Part shown: one piece after another, positions 19,273 through 29,221 of the stretch
Layout of the letters: every line of letters starts with the position of its first letter
Numbering within the stretch: the first letter of the stretch is position 1
Sequence record: SRR16203515_1144
Direction: 5' to 3' (one strand)
DNA length: 51,183 bases
Made by a program: the position numbers and the translations under genes
The notes under the pieces: model-generated
What the model saw: the letters and a program-made list of their open reading frames with translations, nothing else
What the model was told of the DNA's origin: nothing
The model's database searches: none

Positions 19273-20967
19273 ATGGCACTTGACGGACAAAATGCTGCAA
19301 TGCAGACAGAGAACTACATTGTAATGCCGGACCTATTGGCAACAACACAACAGGCTTTGGAAAGCTTGGACGCACTGTTTGAGGCGGCAAAAGGGACCGT
19401 TAAGTCATTGGTTTCAAGTGATGGACGTGTTTCATCGGGTTTGATGGAACAACATCAAGCGGCGGCACATGGCCTATCATGGTTGGCGACATATCAGGAA
19501 TCTATGCGGCAGATGCAAAATTGGGCAACCAAGCTGAGTGATGCAGGCGAATTCGGCGAAGCAGAACAATTGCTGCACCAGATCGCATGCGGCGAATATC
19601 ATGCACAAATCGTAGGTGGTATCCCAATGTCACAAAGCGAAATTGTTCGCTTGTCTGACATAAAAATCCCTGCTGCGGCACAGCAAGATTATCAGAATGC
19701 GGCCGTGATGAATTTGATCGCTAACGGTAACACCCAAGCAGCGCGTACGCGCCTTGTTGAACTGATGCAGGAACAGGCAGGGAACGTCATTTTCGGAGCA
19801 TCTGGTCTGGACGAAGAACTTGAAATGATCCGCGAACAGTTCCGCCGTTTTTCAGTAGATAAAGTTGAACCGCATGCGCACGAATGGCACCTGAATGACG
19901 AATTGATCCCAATGGAAATCATTGAGGAACTTGCAGAGCTGGGTGTATTCGGGCTTACCATTCCCGAAGATCTCGGTGGTTTTGGTCTGACAAAAGCATC
20001 TATGGCAGTTGTGTCCGAAGAACTTTCACGGGGCTACATCGGTGTGGGTTCATTAGGCACGCGCTCTGAAATTGCCGCCGAGTTGATCATTTGCGGTGGT
20101 ACGGATCAACAAAAAGAAAACTGGCTGCCAAAATTGGCCAGCGGTGAAATCCTGCCAACCGCCGTCTTTACCGAACCAAATACGGGTTCTGACCTTGGTG
20201 CATTGCGCACACGAGCAGTGAAAGATGAAAACGGCGATTACAAAATCACTGGTAATAAAACATGGATTACGCATGCGGCACGGACGCATGTGATGACACT
20301 CCTTGCGCGTACAGACCCTGACAGCACAGATCACCGCGGACTATCAATGTTCTTGGCCGAAAAGACACCAGGTACGGACGAAGCACCCTTCCCAACCGAA
20401 GGGATGACAGGTGGCGAGATTGAAGTACTCGGCTATCGCGGCATGAAGGAATACGAACTTGGTTTCGACAACTTCCATGTAAAATCTGAAAACCTTTTGG
20501 GCGGAGAAGAAGGCAAAGGCTTTAAGCAGCTGATGCAAACATTCGAAAGCGCACGCATTCAAACAGCGGCGCGCGCCGTGGGTGTCGCACAATCTGCGCT
20601 GGATGTTTCGATGCAATATGCCTTGGACCGCAAGCAGTTTGGTAAGGAATTGATCAACTTCCCTCGCGTGGCAAATAAACTTGCGATGATGGCCGTCGAA
20701 ATCACGGTTGCCCGTCAGTTGACATATTTTAGCGCCTTTGAAAAAGACAATGAACGTCGCTGTGACCTTGAGGCTGGTATGGCCAAGTTGCTGGGTGCCC
20801 GCGTTGCGTGGTCTGCGGCAGACAACGGGCTACAAATCCACGGCGGGAATGGCTTTGCGCTTGAATACTCCATCAGCCGTATTTTGTGTGATGCGCGTAT
20901 CCTAAACATCTTTGAAGGTGCCGCCGAAATTCAGGCCCAAGTGATCGCACGTCGCTTGATTGGTTGA
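19273..20967 (+). CDS. mcd: Acyl-CoA dehydrogenase, likely (2S)-methylsuccinyl-CoA dehydrogenase of the ethylmalonyl-CoA pathway
   Basis: ~170-aa N-terminal extension (Q.AAHGLSWLATY, GGIPMSQ.E) before the ACAD core (TAVFTEPNTGSD, GYRGMKEY, NIFEGAAEIQ), characteristic of Mcd. Confidence 0.85.
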   Translation: MALDGQNAAMQTENYIVMPDLLATTQQALESLDALFEAAKGTVKSLVSSDGRVSSGLMEQHQAAAHGLSWLATYQESMRQMQNWATKLSDAGEFGEAEQLLHQIACGEYHAQIVGGIPMSQSEIVRLSDIKIPAAAQQDYQNAAVMNLIANGNTQAARTRLVELMQEQAGNVIFGASGLDEELEMIREQFRRFSVDKVEPHAHEWHLNDELIPMEIIEELAELGVFGLTIPEDLGGFGLTKASMAVVSEELSRGYIGVGSLGTRSEIAAELIICGGTDQQKENWLPKLASGEILPTAVFTEPNTGSDLGALRTRAVKDENGDYKITGNKTWITHAARTHVMTLLARTDPDSTDHRGLSMFLAEKTPGTDEAPFPTEGMTGGEIEVLGYRGMKEYELGFDNFHVKSENLLGGEEGKGFKQLMQTFESARIQTAARAVGVAQSALDVSMQYALDRKQFGKELINFPRVANKLAMMAVEITVARQLTYFSAFEKDNERRCDLEAGMAKLLGARVAWSAADNGLQIHGGNGFALEYSISRILCDARILNIFEGAAEIQAQVIARRLIG

Positions 20968-21036
20968 TGGTCTGACAGGGAATTTCCCCTTGGACAAAAT
21001 TTCACGATTTGCAAAACCGGCGCAAAGGAAATTCCG

Positions 21037-21408
21037 ATGCGCCAGTTTTTTATGATATTTTTTGCATTTGTCCTTGGTGGCTGCTATCGCGCCAAAAATA
21101 TAGGTGGCATGTATCACCTGATCAGCGATGATCCCGCATTGCAGCGTGTCACCTTGGAAATCGAAGACCCACGCGTTTCGGGTCAAGGCCCCTGCAATCG
21201 ATATTTTGGATCAGTTGTGCAATCAGACACAGGTTCGAACAGCATTCAAGTAGGGCCACTTGCCTCAACAAAAATGGCCTGCCCCCACCTATCGGCCGAG
21301 CATCGCTTTTTCCAAGATTTGCAGCGCGCTTCTATGGTCACAGTTCTGCCAGATGGGCTGATCCTAACGACGAGCGACCAAACAAAGCTAGTGTTTAAAT
21401 ACCGCTAA
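21037..21408 (+). CDS. META (HslJ-like) domain lipoprotein
   Basis: LGGC lipobox; GQGPCNRYFG and GPLASTKMAC motifs. Confidence 0.85.
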   Translation: MRQFFMIFFAFVLGGCYRAKNIGGMYHLISDDPALQRVTLEIEDPRVSGQGPCNRYFGSVVQSDTGSNSIQVGPLASTKMACPHLSAEHRFFQDLQRASMVTVLPDGLILTTSDQTKLVFKYR

Positions 21409-22184
21409 ACTGGGTTTCGAAATTGGCTTATTCCAAAGAATAGTGCAGCGGTTGCAACCATCGACGGACCTGCGGGCCAATCGAATACATAAGCCGCCCA
21501 AAGTCCAATGGCGCTGGCAGCAGAGCCAAACCCGACTGACAAAACCGCCATCATTTCTGGTGTTGAGGTGAAACGACGCGCCGTTGCCGCGGGAATGATC
21601 AATAAGGCCGTAATCAACAAGGCCCCCACGATTTTCAACGCCAGACCAACGACAATCGCCAGTAGGGCTGCCAAATAAAACGACTCATGCCTGGCATTCA
21701 CGCCAACAGATGCCGCCAAATCATCGCCTAGGGTGGCAGTGATCCAATTACTCCACCGCCAAAAAACAATGCCTAAAATAACCGCAACCCCAATCCATAT
21801 GAAAATGATATCACGCCAACCAACAGCCAAGATATCGCCAAACAATATCGCCTCAATCGATAATCCGCGGCCCCAAATACTTGCTCCGATTAACCCCAAT
21901 GCAAGGCCTGTTTGGGCAAAGACGCCCAATATAACGTCGGCCCCCTGAATACGACTGGTTAGTGTGAACAGCAAAACGGACAAGATAAGCGCCAGCGCAA
22001 TCACACCAAAATACACAGATACGTTCAGCGCAATCGCACCCACCACACCCAGAATTGCGGCGTGTGACAAGGCATCTCCGAAATAAACCATGCGCCGCCA
22101 AATAACAAAACACCCCAAGACGCCCGTCAGTATCGCAACCCCAAGACCCGACAAAAATGCGCGTATCATAAATTCAGCAAACAT
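21405..22184 (-). CDS. znuB: Zinc ABC transporter permease
   Basis: GCFVIWRRMVYFGDALSH, LFGDIL, LIIPAATAR. Confidence 0.92.
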   Translation of the reverse strand: MFAEFMIRAFLSGLGVAILTGVLGCFVIWRRMVYFGDALSHAAILGVVGAIALNVSVYFGVIALALILSVLLFTLTSRIQGADVILGVFAQTGLALGLIGASIWGRGLSIEAILFGDILAVGWRDIIFIWIGVAVILGIVFWRWSNWITATLGDDLAASVGVNARHESFYLAALLAIVVGLALKIVGALLITALLIIPAATARRFTSTPEMMAVLSVGFGSAASAIGLWAAYVFDWPAGPSMVATAALFFGISQFRNPV

Positions 22185-22193
22185 GGTCAGGTC

Positions 22194-22928
22194 CTAATGA
22201 TCGTGCGAACAGGTTTCATCATGCACGTGATCGTGCTGATGTTGATAAAGCGCAAGCGCACCCTGCGTGCCTGTGCCGAATAATGCGCGATATTCAGGCG
22301 CGCTTGAAACAACGCTTGGCGTGCCTTCACAACAGATGTGTCCGTTTAGACAAATGACGCGGTCAGATGCGCTCATCACGACGTGTAGATCATGACTTAC
22401 CAAGACAATGGCGCAATCCAATTTGGCCTTTAGTTCAGCAATCAGTTGATAAAAACGTGCAGCACCATTTTGATCCAAACCCTGCGTGGGTTCATCCAGT
22501 AACAATAGATCAGGCGAATCAATGACAGCACGGGCTAACAAGGCACGCTGAAATTGACCTCCTGAAAGCGTTGCGATTTGCTGATCTAAAATATCATGAA
22601 TGCCGACCAACGCCGCGGCCTCGCTTATTTGTTCAACCGTAGCACGCTTGGGAACCGACAAAAATCTGCGGACAGTTATCGGGAAACTTTGATCAATATT
22701 TAGTTTTTGTGGGACATATCCAACGCGTAACAATTTAGAGCGTGAAACAGATCCAGTTGTTGGAACAAGGGCGCCAATCAAGGCACGCATCATAGATGTC
22801 TTACCCGATCCATTTGGCCCTACGATTGTTATGATTTCACCACGATTTACGGTTAAATCGACATCACGCAAAACAATCTTATTATTGTATCCGATGGTTA
22901 CTGAATTTAGCGATATCAAGTCAGTCAT
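22194..22928 (-). CDS. znuC: Zinc ABC transporter ATPase
   Basis: GPNGSGKT, LSGGQFQR, CLNGHICCEG, His-rich tail. Start MTDLI overlaps the zur stop. Confidence 0.93.
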   Translation of the reverse strand: MTDLISLNSVTIGYNNKIVLRDVDLTVNRGEIITIVGPNGSGKTSMMRALIGALVPTTGSVSRSKLLRVGYVPQKLNIDQSFPITVRRFLSVPKRATVEQISEAAALVGIHDILDQQIATLSGGQFQRALLARAVIDSPDLLLLDEPTQGLDQNGAARFYQLIAELKAKLDCAIVLVSHDLHVVMSASDRVICLNGHICCEGTPSVVSSAPEYRALFGTGTQGALALYQHQHDHVHDETCSHDH

Positions 22929-23397
22929 TTGAACTTTCACCTCGACATTGCAGACAAGATCCCTCTGCCTCGATCGTCAGGGTGTTGATCGAAAATCCAC
23001 CGTCCTGCCCAAGGCGTTGACCAAGCTCCGCTGCCTGCGCCGTTTCCGCCACCTTATGACAGTCTGAACAAATCCATAGCGCCGGCGTGTGCTCTGCGTC
23101 AGGATGCGCGCAGGCAACATAAGCATTCAAGCGTTCGACACGATGTGCGAAACCGTGTTCCACCAAAAAATTCAGCGCACGATAGGCCATGGGCGGTTTA
23201 TCCGCCAAGCCGTCATCACTTAGCTTTTGCAACACGTCATAGGCACCCAGAGCGTGATGCCCCTCCAGTAGTATCTCAAGGGTGCGTTTACGGATCTGGG
23301 TCAAGCGCAAACCACGTTCTGCACAGGCACGTTCGACAATGGTCAACGCGCTTTGCGTGCAACTCGCATGGTCATGTGGCGCAAACACGTTTTGCAT
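22921..23397 (-). CDS. zur: Zinc uptake regulator (Fur family)
   Basis: HDHASC N-terminus, LGAYD, PPMAYRALNFL, two CxxC motifs; divergent from znuA. Confidence 0.93.
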   Translation of the reverse strand: MQNVFAPHDHASCTQSALTIVERACAERGLRLTQIRKRTLEILLEGHHALGAYDVLQKLSDDGLADKPPMAYRALNFLVEHGFAHRVERLNAYVACAHPDAEHTPALWICSDCHKVAETAQAAELGQRLGQDGGFSINTLTIEAEGSCLQCRGESSND

Positions 23398-23420
23398 AAA
23401 TCCTCCGAAGCACTATTGAT

Positions 23421-23437
23421 ATGTTATAACATAACAT
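23421..23437. promoter_or_regulatory. Zur box in the divergent zur/znuA promoter
   Basis: ATGTTAT-AAC-ATAACAT inverted repeat matches the proteobacterial Zur consensus. Confidence 0.9.
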
Positions 23438-23471
23438 TTATAGGTATAGCTACACATAGGAGAGCAAGTCA

Positions 23472-24497
23472 ATGATCAAAACTATTTCCGTGATATTTGC
23501 AACAACGATATTCACAGCACCTGTTTTGGCAGATCAATTGCGAGTCGTGGTCGACATCCCGCCCGTTCACGGCATTGTTGATGGTGTTCTGGGATCGGAT
23601 GCAAGCATTACGACACTAATCGGTAGCGGTGTAGACCCACACAACTACGCAATGAAACCCAGCCATGCAGCCGCAGTGTCAGAAGCAGATTTGATTGTGC
23701 TGATTGGAGAGGCGCTAACACCAAGCCTGGCGAAAAAGTTACCCTCATTAGCAAATAATGCAAAAATCATTGAACTTGCCGAGGTCCCGAATGTGCATCT
23801 GATTGCGTATGAGGACGCGCACGAAGAACATGAAGATGACGATCATCATGACGACGAACATCACGCTGATCATAAAGACCATAACCATGATGCAGATCAT
23901 GACGATCACGCACAAGAAGGCCACGATGAACACGATCACGGCGACGCGCACCACGATGATCATGATGAGGACAATGGACATGTCGGCCATGACCATAGTG
24001 GTGTGGATCCCCACATGTGGTTGGATATTGATAATGCAAATGTTTGGGCGCATGTGATCGCAAAATCAGCGTCAGATCTTGCGCCAGAAATGATACCAAA
24101 TGTTAACGCGAATCTTGCGTCTTTCGAGCTTTTGCTAACAAACATAAAATCAGAGATGCAAACACTCGTTGCAAAACCATATTCTGTGTCGCACGATGCT
24201 TTTGGGTATCTTGAGGAAAGCTTCGGCATCGACCATCCGCAGGCCGTAACAAATGGTATGGGACTGCGTCCATCACCCAATGATATGGCGAATTTGCGCG
24301 GGCAGATCGAAACGACACCACCGGCGTGCATGATCATCGACCCAAATGACCACACTGCCTTGGCCTATGCGCTGGCAAAAGAATACTCAATCAAAACCGT
24401 TGAATTCTCTCAGCTTGGCGAAATCGTTGAGGGTGAAAATGCGTATCTGACTCTCATGCAAGGTGCGGTTGCGGCGCTCAAAACCTGTTTTCAATAA
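23472..24497 (+). CDS. znuA: Zinc ABC transporter substrate-binding protein with His-rich loop
   Basis: DPHNY, DPHMW and HDAFGY His ligands; signal peptide; His/Asp loop. Confidence 0.92.
   Translation: MIKTISVIFATTIFTAPVLADQLRVVVDIPPVHGIVDGVLGSDASITTLIGSGVDPHNYAMKPSHAAAVSEADLIVLIGEALTPSLAKKLPSLANNAKIIELAEVPNVHLIAYEDAHEEHEDDDHHDDEHHADHKDHNHDADHDDHAQEGHDEHDHGDAHHDDHDEDNGHVGHDHSGVDPHMWLDIDNANVWAHVIAKSASDLAPEMIPNVNANLASFELLLTNIKSEMQTLVAKPYSVSHDAFGYLEESFGIDHPQAVTNGMGLRPSPNDMANLRGQIETTPPACMIIDPNDHTALAYALAKEYSIKTVEFSQLGEIVEGENAYLTLMQGAVAALKTCFQ
23820..23996 (+). repeat. Low-complexity His/Asp/Glu coding tract in znuA
   Basis: 59 codons from HEEHEDDDHH to GHDH containing 20 His; built from CAT/CAC/GAT/GAC codons. 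Confidence 0.9.
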
Positions 24498-24521
24498 CAC
24501 TTATGCGGGGCCTTGCCCCGC

Positions 24522-25550
24522 TTACAAACTCTTCTCGACGCGAAAATCATTTGGGATCGTGTCGCTATTTTCCAAAATGAAATCTGCCATCACTTGTGCG
24601 ATTTTTGGGGCCATACCAAAACCAATTTTAAAACCACCGTTCGCGATGTATTCAGATGCGTTGATCGGGTGTGAACCTAAAACCGGCGCGCGGCTCTTGC
24701 TTCTGGGGCGCACCCCTGCCCAGCGCGCTAGTACCTTGGTATACTGCAAATCAGGTAGAATGCCGATTGCGCGTTCAATCACGCTTTCTAAGTGTTCGTC
24801 CGTTGTCGTTGGGTCCATATAATCACGTTCAGATGTTGATCCCACCGCAAGGGTGCCGTCAGCGTGCGGAATAAAATGCAGAGCATCGGCAAATATCTGC
24901 GGCTGAGTGCGCTGATCATAATCAAATAAAGCAGCCTGCCCCTTAACGCCATTGCCGAAACTTTTGCCAGTGTATTCCGATATGCGTTTTAAATCCCATG
25001 CACCCGCCGCCCAAACAACCTTTCCTGCATCTGCAGCCGAACAGTGAATTTCCCCGCCTGATTTTTGAATGGCCTGTGCGATTGAGGCAACGGCATTTCG
25101 GGGTTGGATGCGTGCACTTAGAGTATCATATATCCACTTCCCCGTTGGCGAGGGAGGCGCCCATTCTGGTTGCTGATCAACAACCCGCCACTCTGCCATC
25201 CCCTGCCATAACGACTTGGCATTTTCACCCCGTTCATGTGCGAGCGATAAACCCGTTTCATCCGGCAATGGCTGAATTCGACCTGTTCGTGCATACCCAC
25301 TGCTCAGCCCAGAGGTACGATCAACATTATCCCAAAACGTCTGCGCAATCTGAAGGCTTTCGAATTGAAACGCTTTCTTTTCATTCCAATTTTCTGGGAC
25401 ATGGGGCGCGAGTGCACCAACAATACCCCCGCTTGAACCAGCCCCAATGCCATGTGGATCAATCACCTGAACCTTAGCGCCGCGCTGGATACATTCCCAG
25501 GCAATCGATAAACCGATAATCCCTGCGCCTTTGATTGTAACTTCTGCCAT
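24522..25550 (-). CDS. FAD-dependent oxidoreductase (DAO family; MnmC oxidase-like)
   Basis: GAGIIG Rossmann motif, GSSGGIVGAL, VKGQ, WAGVRP. Start MAEVTI at 25550; divergent from the MnmC methyltransferase domain gene. Confidence 0.85.
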   Translation of the reverse strand: MAEVTIKGAGIIGLSIAWECIQRGAKVQVIDPHGIGAGSSGGIVGALAPHVPENWNEKKAFQFESLQIAQTFWDNVDRTSGLSSGYARTGRIQPLPDETGLSLAHERGENAKSLWQGMAEWRVVDQQPEWAPPSPTGKWIYDTLSARIQPRNAVASIAQAIQKSGGEIHCSAADAGKVVWAAGAWDLKRISEYTGKSFGNGVKGQAALFDYDQRTQPQIFADALHFIPHADGTLAVGSTSERDYMDPTTTDEHLESVIERAIGILPDLQYTKVLARWAGVRPRSKSRAPVLGSHPINASEYIANGGFKIGFGMAPKIAQVMADFILENSDTIPNDFRVEKSL

Positions 25551-25615
25551 TGCCAAGACTTTCGTTGATGATAGTGTGTCCCTATTCACGTCTATGACGT
25601 TTCGCAAGGTCCCGC

Positions 25616-26293
25616 ATGAAAAACGTAAATCCGTCCCTGACTTGGCGCGAGGATAAAATCCCTGTGTCCACACAGTTTGATGATCCGTATTATTCGCTAG
25701 ATAACGGACTCGCGGAAACGCATCACGTCTTTCTTAGCGGAAATAACCTTCCCGCGCGGTTTGTCGATGGGCTTCGGATCGCTGAACTAGGCTTTGGGAC
25801 AGGTTTAAATTTCATTGCAACACTTGAGCAATGGCGAAAGAGCAGGGTTGAAGGAAAGTTTCATTTCACAAGCTTTGAAGCCTTTCCAATGACCCCAACT
25901 GACATGATCAAGGCCTATGAACAGTTTCCAGAGATCGCAAACATCGCATCCGACATTGCGCCACATCTGGAAAAGCTGCTGGAAACAGGCACATTATCAC
26001 TGCACGATGCGCATTTGCATTTGATTACAGGCGATGCGCGTGAAACAGTTTCGCACTGGGACGCACAAGCAGATTGTTGGTACCTTGACGGCTTTTCACC
26101 CGCAAAAAATCCAGAACTGTGGGATGGTAACCTGATGAAGGCTGTTTACGCCAAAACATGCTCTGGTGGGACCGCGGCAACATATACCGCCGCAGGATTT
26201 GTTCGTCGAAACCTGTCAGATGCGGGTTTTAATGTCGAACGCGTCAAAGGGTTTGGACGCAAACGACACATGAGCGTTGCGCGAAAGGCATAG
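25616..26293 (+). CDS. mnmD: tRNA mnm5s2U34 methyltransferase (stand-alone MnmC N-terminal domain)
   Basis: FDDPYYS, ELGFGTGLNF, WYLDGFSPAKNPELW, GFGRKRHM. Confidence 0.92.
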   Translation: MKNVNPSLTWREDKIPVSTQFDDPYYSLDNGLAETHHVFLSGNNLPARFVDGLRIAELGFGTGLNFIATLEQWRKSRVEGKFHFTSFEAFPMTPTDMIKAYEQFPEIANIASDIAPHLEKLLETGTLSLHDAHLHLITGDARETVSHWDAQADCWYLDGFSPAKNPELWDGNLMKAVYAKTCSGGTAATYTAAGFVRRNLSDAGFNVERVKGFGRKRHMSVARKA

Positions 26294-26295
26294 AG

Positions 26296-27159
26296 ATGCA
26301 ATCGAATACACGCCTTGGCATTCTATACATGGTGGCAACCACCCTTGTTTTTGCACTACAAGATGGGTTTTCTCAGTACCTAAGCAGTACCTATAACGTC
26401 TATTTGGTGGTGATGATCCGATACTGGTTCTTTGCCGCCTTTGTCATTGCCATCACCGCCCGTCGGCCGGGCGGTATTCAGGCAGCACTCAAACCCAAAT
26501 ATCCAATTTTGCAAATCCTGCGCGGAACAATATTGGCAATCGAAATCTGTGTCATGGTGACCGCATTCACAATATTAGGGCTGATCGAAAGCCATGCAGT
26601 GTTTGCATGCTATCCATTGTTGGTAGCAGCACTTTCAGGGCCCATTTTGGGAGAAGGCGTGGGATGGCGACGCTGGGCGGCAATCTTTGTTGGGTTTATC
26701 GGCGTACTTATCATACTTGAACCTGGCTATGCAGTATTTTCACCTGCGGCTGTGATCCCCCTGATCTCGGCATTCATGTTCGCACTTTATGGATTAATGA
26801 CGCGATATGTGGCACGCGGAGACAGTGCGGCCACATCCTTTTTCTGGACGGGGATCGTTGGTGTTGTCGTTATGACAATAATCGGCATCGGAAACTGGCA
26901 ACCCATGACACACACGGACTACGGATGGATGGCAATATTATGCGTCCTAGGCGCATTGGGTCATTACCTATTGATCAAATGTTTCGAAGTGGCAGAGGCA
27001 AGCTCTGTGCAACCTTTTGCCTATTTGCAATTGGTCTTTGCCTCGGGAATCGGCATGTGGATTTTTGGCGAAACTTTAGAGTTACATGTCGCAGTTGGGG
27101 CCGCGATTGTTGTGTCAGCAGGCCTGTTTACATTATGGCGCAAGCAACGACAGGCTTGA
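26296..27159 (+). CDS. DMT/EamA family transporter
   Basis: Two EamA repeats (LGEGVGWRRW; AEASSVQPFAY..FGE). Confidence 0.88.
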   Translation: MQSNTRLGILYMVATTLVFALQDGFSQYLSSTYNVYLVVMIRYWFFAAFVIAITARRPGGIQAALKPKYPILQILRGTILAIEICVMVTAFTILGLIESHAVFACYPLLVAALSGPILGEGVGWRRWAAIFVGFIGVLIILEPGYAVFSPAAVIPLISAFMFALYGLMTRYVARGDSAATSFFWTGIVGVVVMTIIGIGNWQPMTHTDYGWMAILCVLGALGHYLLIKCFEVAEASSVQPFAYLQLVFASGIGMWIFGETLELHVAVGAAIVVSAGLFTLWRKQRQA

Positions 27160-29118
27160 TCCCTTTAGCATGGCTTCATAGCTTTTTGGTGCAATGGATT
27201 TTCCAAGCCGCGCTTGATAAATTGGCAGGCTTTCCGAAACGCGCATGATATAATTTCGTGTTTCCTGGAACGGGGCCATTTCGATCCAATCGATGACATC
27301 CACCGCATCCTTCCGTGGATCCCCCATGAGTTCGATCCAACGATCCGCCCGAGATGGTCCGGCGTTGTAGGCAACCGACATCAACACAGGGTTTCCGCCA
27401 TATCGTTCGGCCAATTCTTCTAAATAGGTGATGCCTATACGCGCATTATAGGCCCAATCGGTTTCCAAACGCTTCTGCGAATACCTAAGTCCAACGCGAT
27501 CTGCCATTTCCTTGGCCGTTTTGGGCATGACTTGCATCAAACCACGTGCGCCTACTGGTGAAATCACATAGGGGTCGAATTCGCTTTCACGACGCGCAAT
27601 CGCCAGCACCAATTCGGATGGCACGCGCGCGGGCATTCGTGCAATTGGATGCAACGCATAGTATGGACGTACAAACATCTTGCCCATCGATGCCTGACGT
27701 TTACCCAACATGACCAACACATGTGGCTTGCGTAATTCCTCCAAAAAATCATTCAGTTTGTGAACATCGTCGGAGCGGAGTGTTTCGGAAAGATGTGTAA
27801 TGAACCTTTCACCCAGAGGGTTTTGATTTGCGGAAAACAGCAATATCGCCGCATGTAGGACGGAACTGTTTACAAAACTCGCATCTCGCCAATCTGGCAA
27901 CTCTCCCCAAGTTAGAAATTCGGATGGCATGGGCATGTTTGCTTTTTCTGCACTTAGAAGACCATAAAAACTGCTCTGATACTTTGCGCCGTTTTGATAG
28001 GCAGCGAGTGCTGCGTCCTTATTCCCTAATTCGGCATGCGCACGTCCCATCCAGTAATATGCGCGACCAAGAGAAATGGGTGTATCAACCGCAGACAGAA
28101 AATTCGTGAAATGTTGAACCGCACGATTTGGTTCGTTTAGCCGACGCAAGGCAGCAAAACCTGCCAACCACTCCAATTTGGCATAGCTGGACCCCTCTGC
28201 GATATGATGGTTGGCCGCTAATGTGTAGGCTTGCTTGTTTTTGCCGTCGAACAACAGATCGCGGACAATACGGATGCGCGCATCGGCCCAGCGTTCGGAT
28301 TGCCCCAATCGGCTAGAACGCTCGCTTGAAACACTCAGGAGATCAATTGCGCTATCTCGAAATCCATTTTTCAACCGCCATTCAAATCTCGCGTGATTCA
28401 ACACGGGGTGATTACCCAGCGCGTTTGGAACCGCCTTTATCAATGCGGTCACGCCCTCTTGTCCCTTTCGCAATGCAATTCGGGCACGCAACAATGCGGT
28501 CAGGTCGGCCCCGACCAATTCCCCCATCTGTTGCGCCGAGGCATGTTCATCCATCCATAACATTTCGATCAAGCGCAACTCATGAAGCGGCGTCAGGGCC
28601 GAACCAAAAGACGACAAAAATGTATCTTGCTGAGGTGCAGTCAGAGGAAGCGTAGACCAAGCATTTTGTGCAACCAACCCGGCTTTGTTACTCTGCCCAT
28701 CTTTGGATAATGCCAAAGCGTAGGCAAGCGCACCTGCACCCGTTTTGGGGGCGGAGTTTTCAAAGTATGTTAGGATTGTTTGATCATTTGCGTCGCTTAA
28801 CACGACTTCGGACTGCTTCTGCAAATAGGGCAATCCAGGCCAATCCCCATTCCTTTCCAAAAACTTAAGCGCCTCTTGCGCAGTTCCTTGCCCAGCACGC
28901 AAACGATGCCATTCAATGATGTCCCGTGCAACTGTGCCATCACTTTCTGCAAGGCGTAGTGCCTCCTCCCAATTTCCTGCATTCATTTCGGAAAATGCAC
29001 GTTCCAACGCACGCTCTTCTGCCCACAGGGTCGAAACCGCAGACGAAAGCATAAGAAAAACACAGAATACTCTTAACATGACTTGCAATTTCAACTCATT
29101 GGCTGGATAGGTACTCAC
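27133..29118 (-). CDS. Soluble lytic murein transglycosylase (Slt-type)
   Basis: IARRESEF, GARGLMQVMP, AYNAGP, ETRNY motifs. Exact start uncertain (probably ~29078). Confidence 0.92.
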   Translation of the reverse strand: MSTYPANELKLQVMLRVFCVFLMLSSAVSTLWAEERALERAFSEMNAGNWEEALRLAESDGTVARDIIEWHRLRAGQGTAQEALKFLERNGDWPGLPYLQKQSEVVLSDANDQTILTYFENSAPKTGAGALAYALALSKDGQSNKAGLVAQNAWSTLPLTAPQQDTFLSSFGSALTPLHELRLIEMLWMDEHASAQQMGELVGADLTALLRARIALRKGQEGVTALIKAVPNALGNHPVLNHARFEWRLKNGFRDSAIDLLSVSSERSSRLGQSERWADARIRIVRDLLFDGKNKQAYTLAANHHIAEGSSYAKLEWLAGFAALRRLNEPNRAVQHFTNFLSAVDTPISLGRAYYWMGRAHAELGNKDAALAAYQNGAKYQSSFYGLLSAEKANMPMPSEFLTWGELPDWRDASFVNSSVLHAAILLFSANQNPLGERFITHLSETLRSDDVHKLNDFLEELRKPHVLVMLGKRQASMGKMFVRPYYALHPIARMPARVPSELVLAIARRESEFDPYVISPVGARGLMQVMPKTAKEMADRVGLRYSQKRLETDWAYNARIGITYLEELAERYGGNPVLMSVAYNAGPSRADRWIELMGDPRKDAVDVIDWIEMAPFQETRNYIMRVSESLPIYQARLGKSIAPKSYEAMLKGSSLSLLAP

Positions 29119-29221
29119 ATCTTATGTCACATAACTCAGGCATCAAGTCATGGTTTCCTTATCTGCAAGAAACCGCTTTATTCATCCGGGCCCTGCCCGC
29201 CAAACACGAAAGGAGCGTGTC

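Noticed and set aside
23748-24099. Low-complexity ORFs (Met/Ile/Val-, His/Arg- and Thr/Met-rich) over znuA
   Set aside because: Alternative frames of the His/Asp tract.
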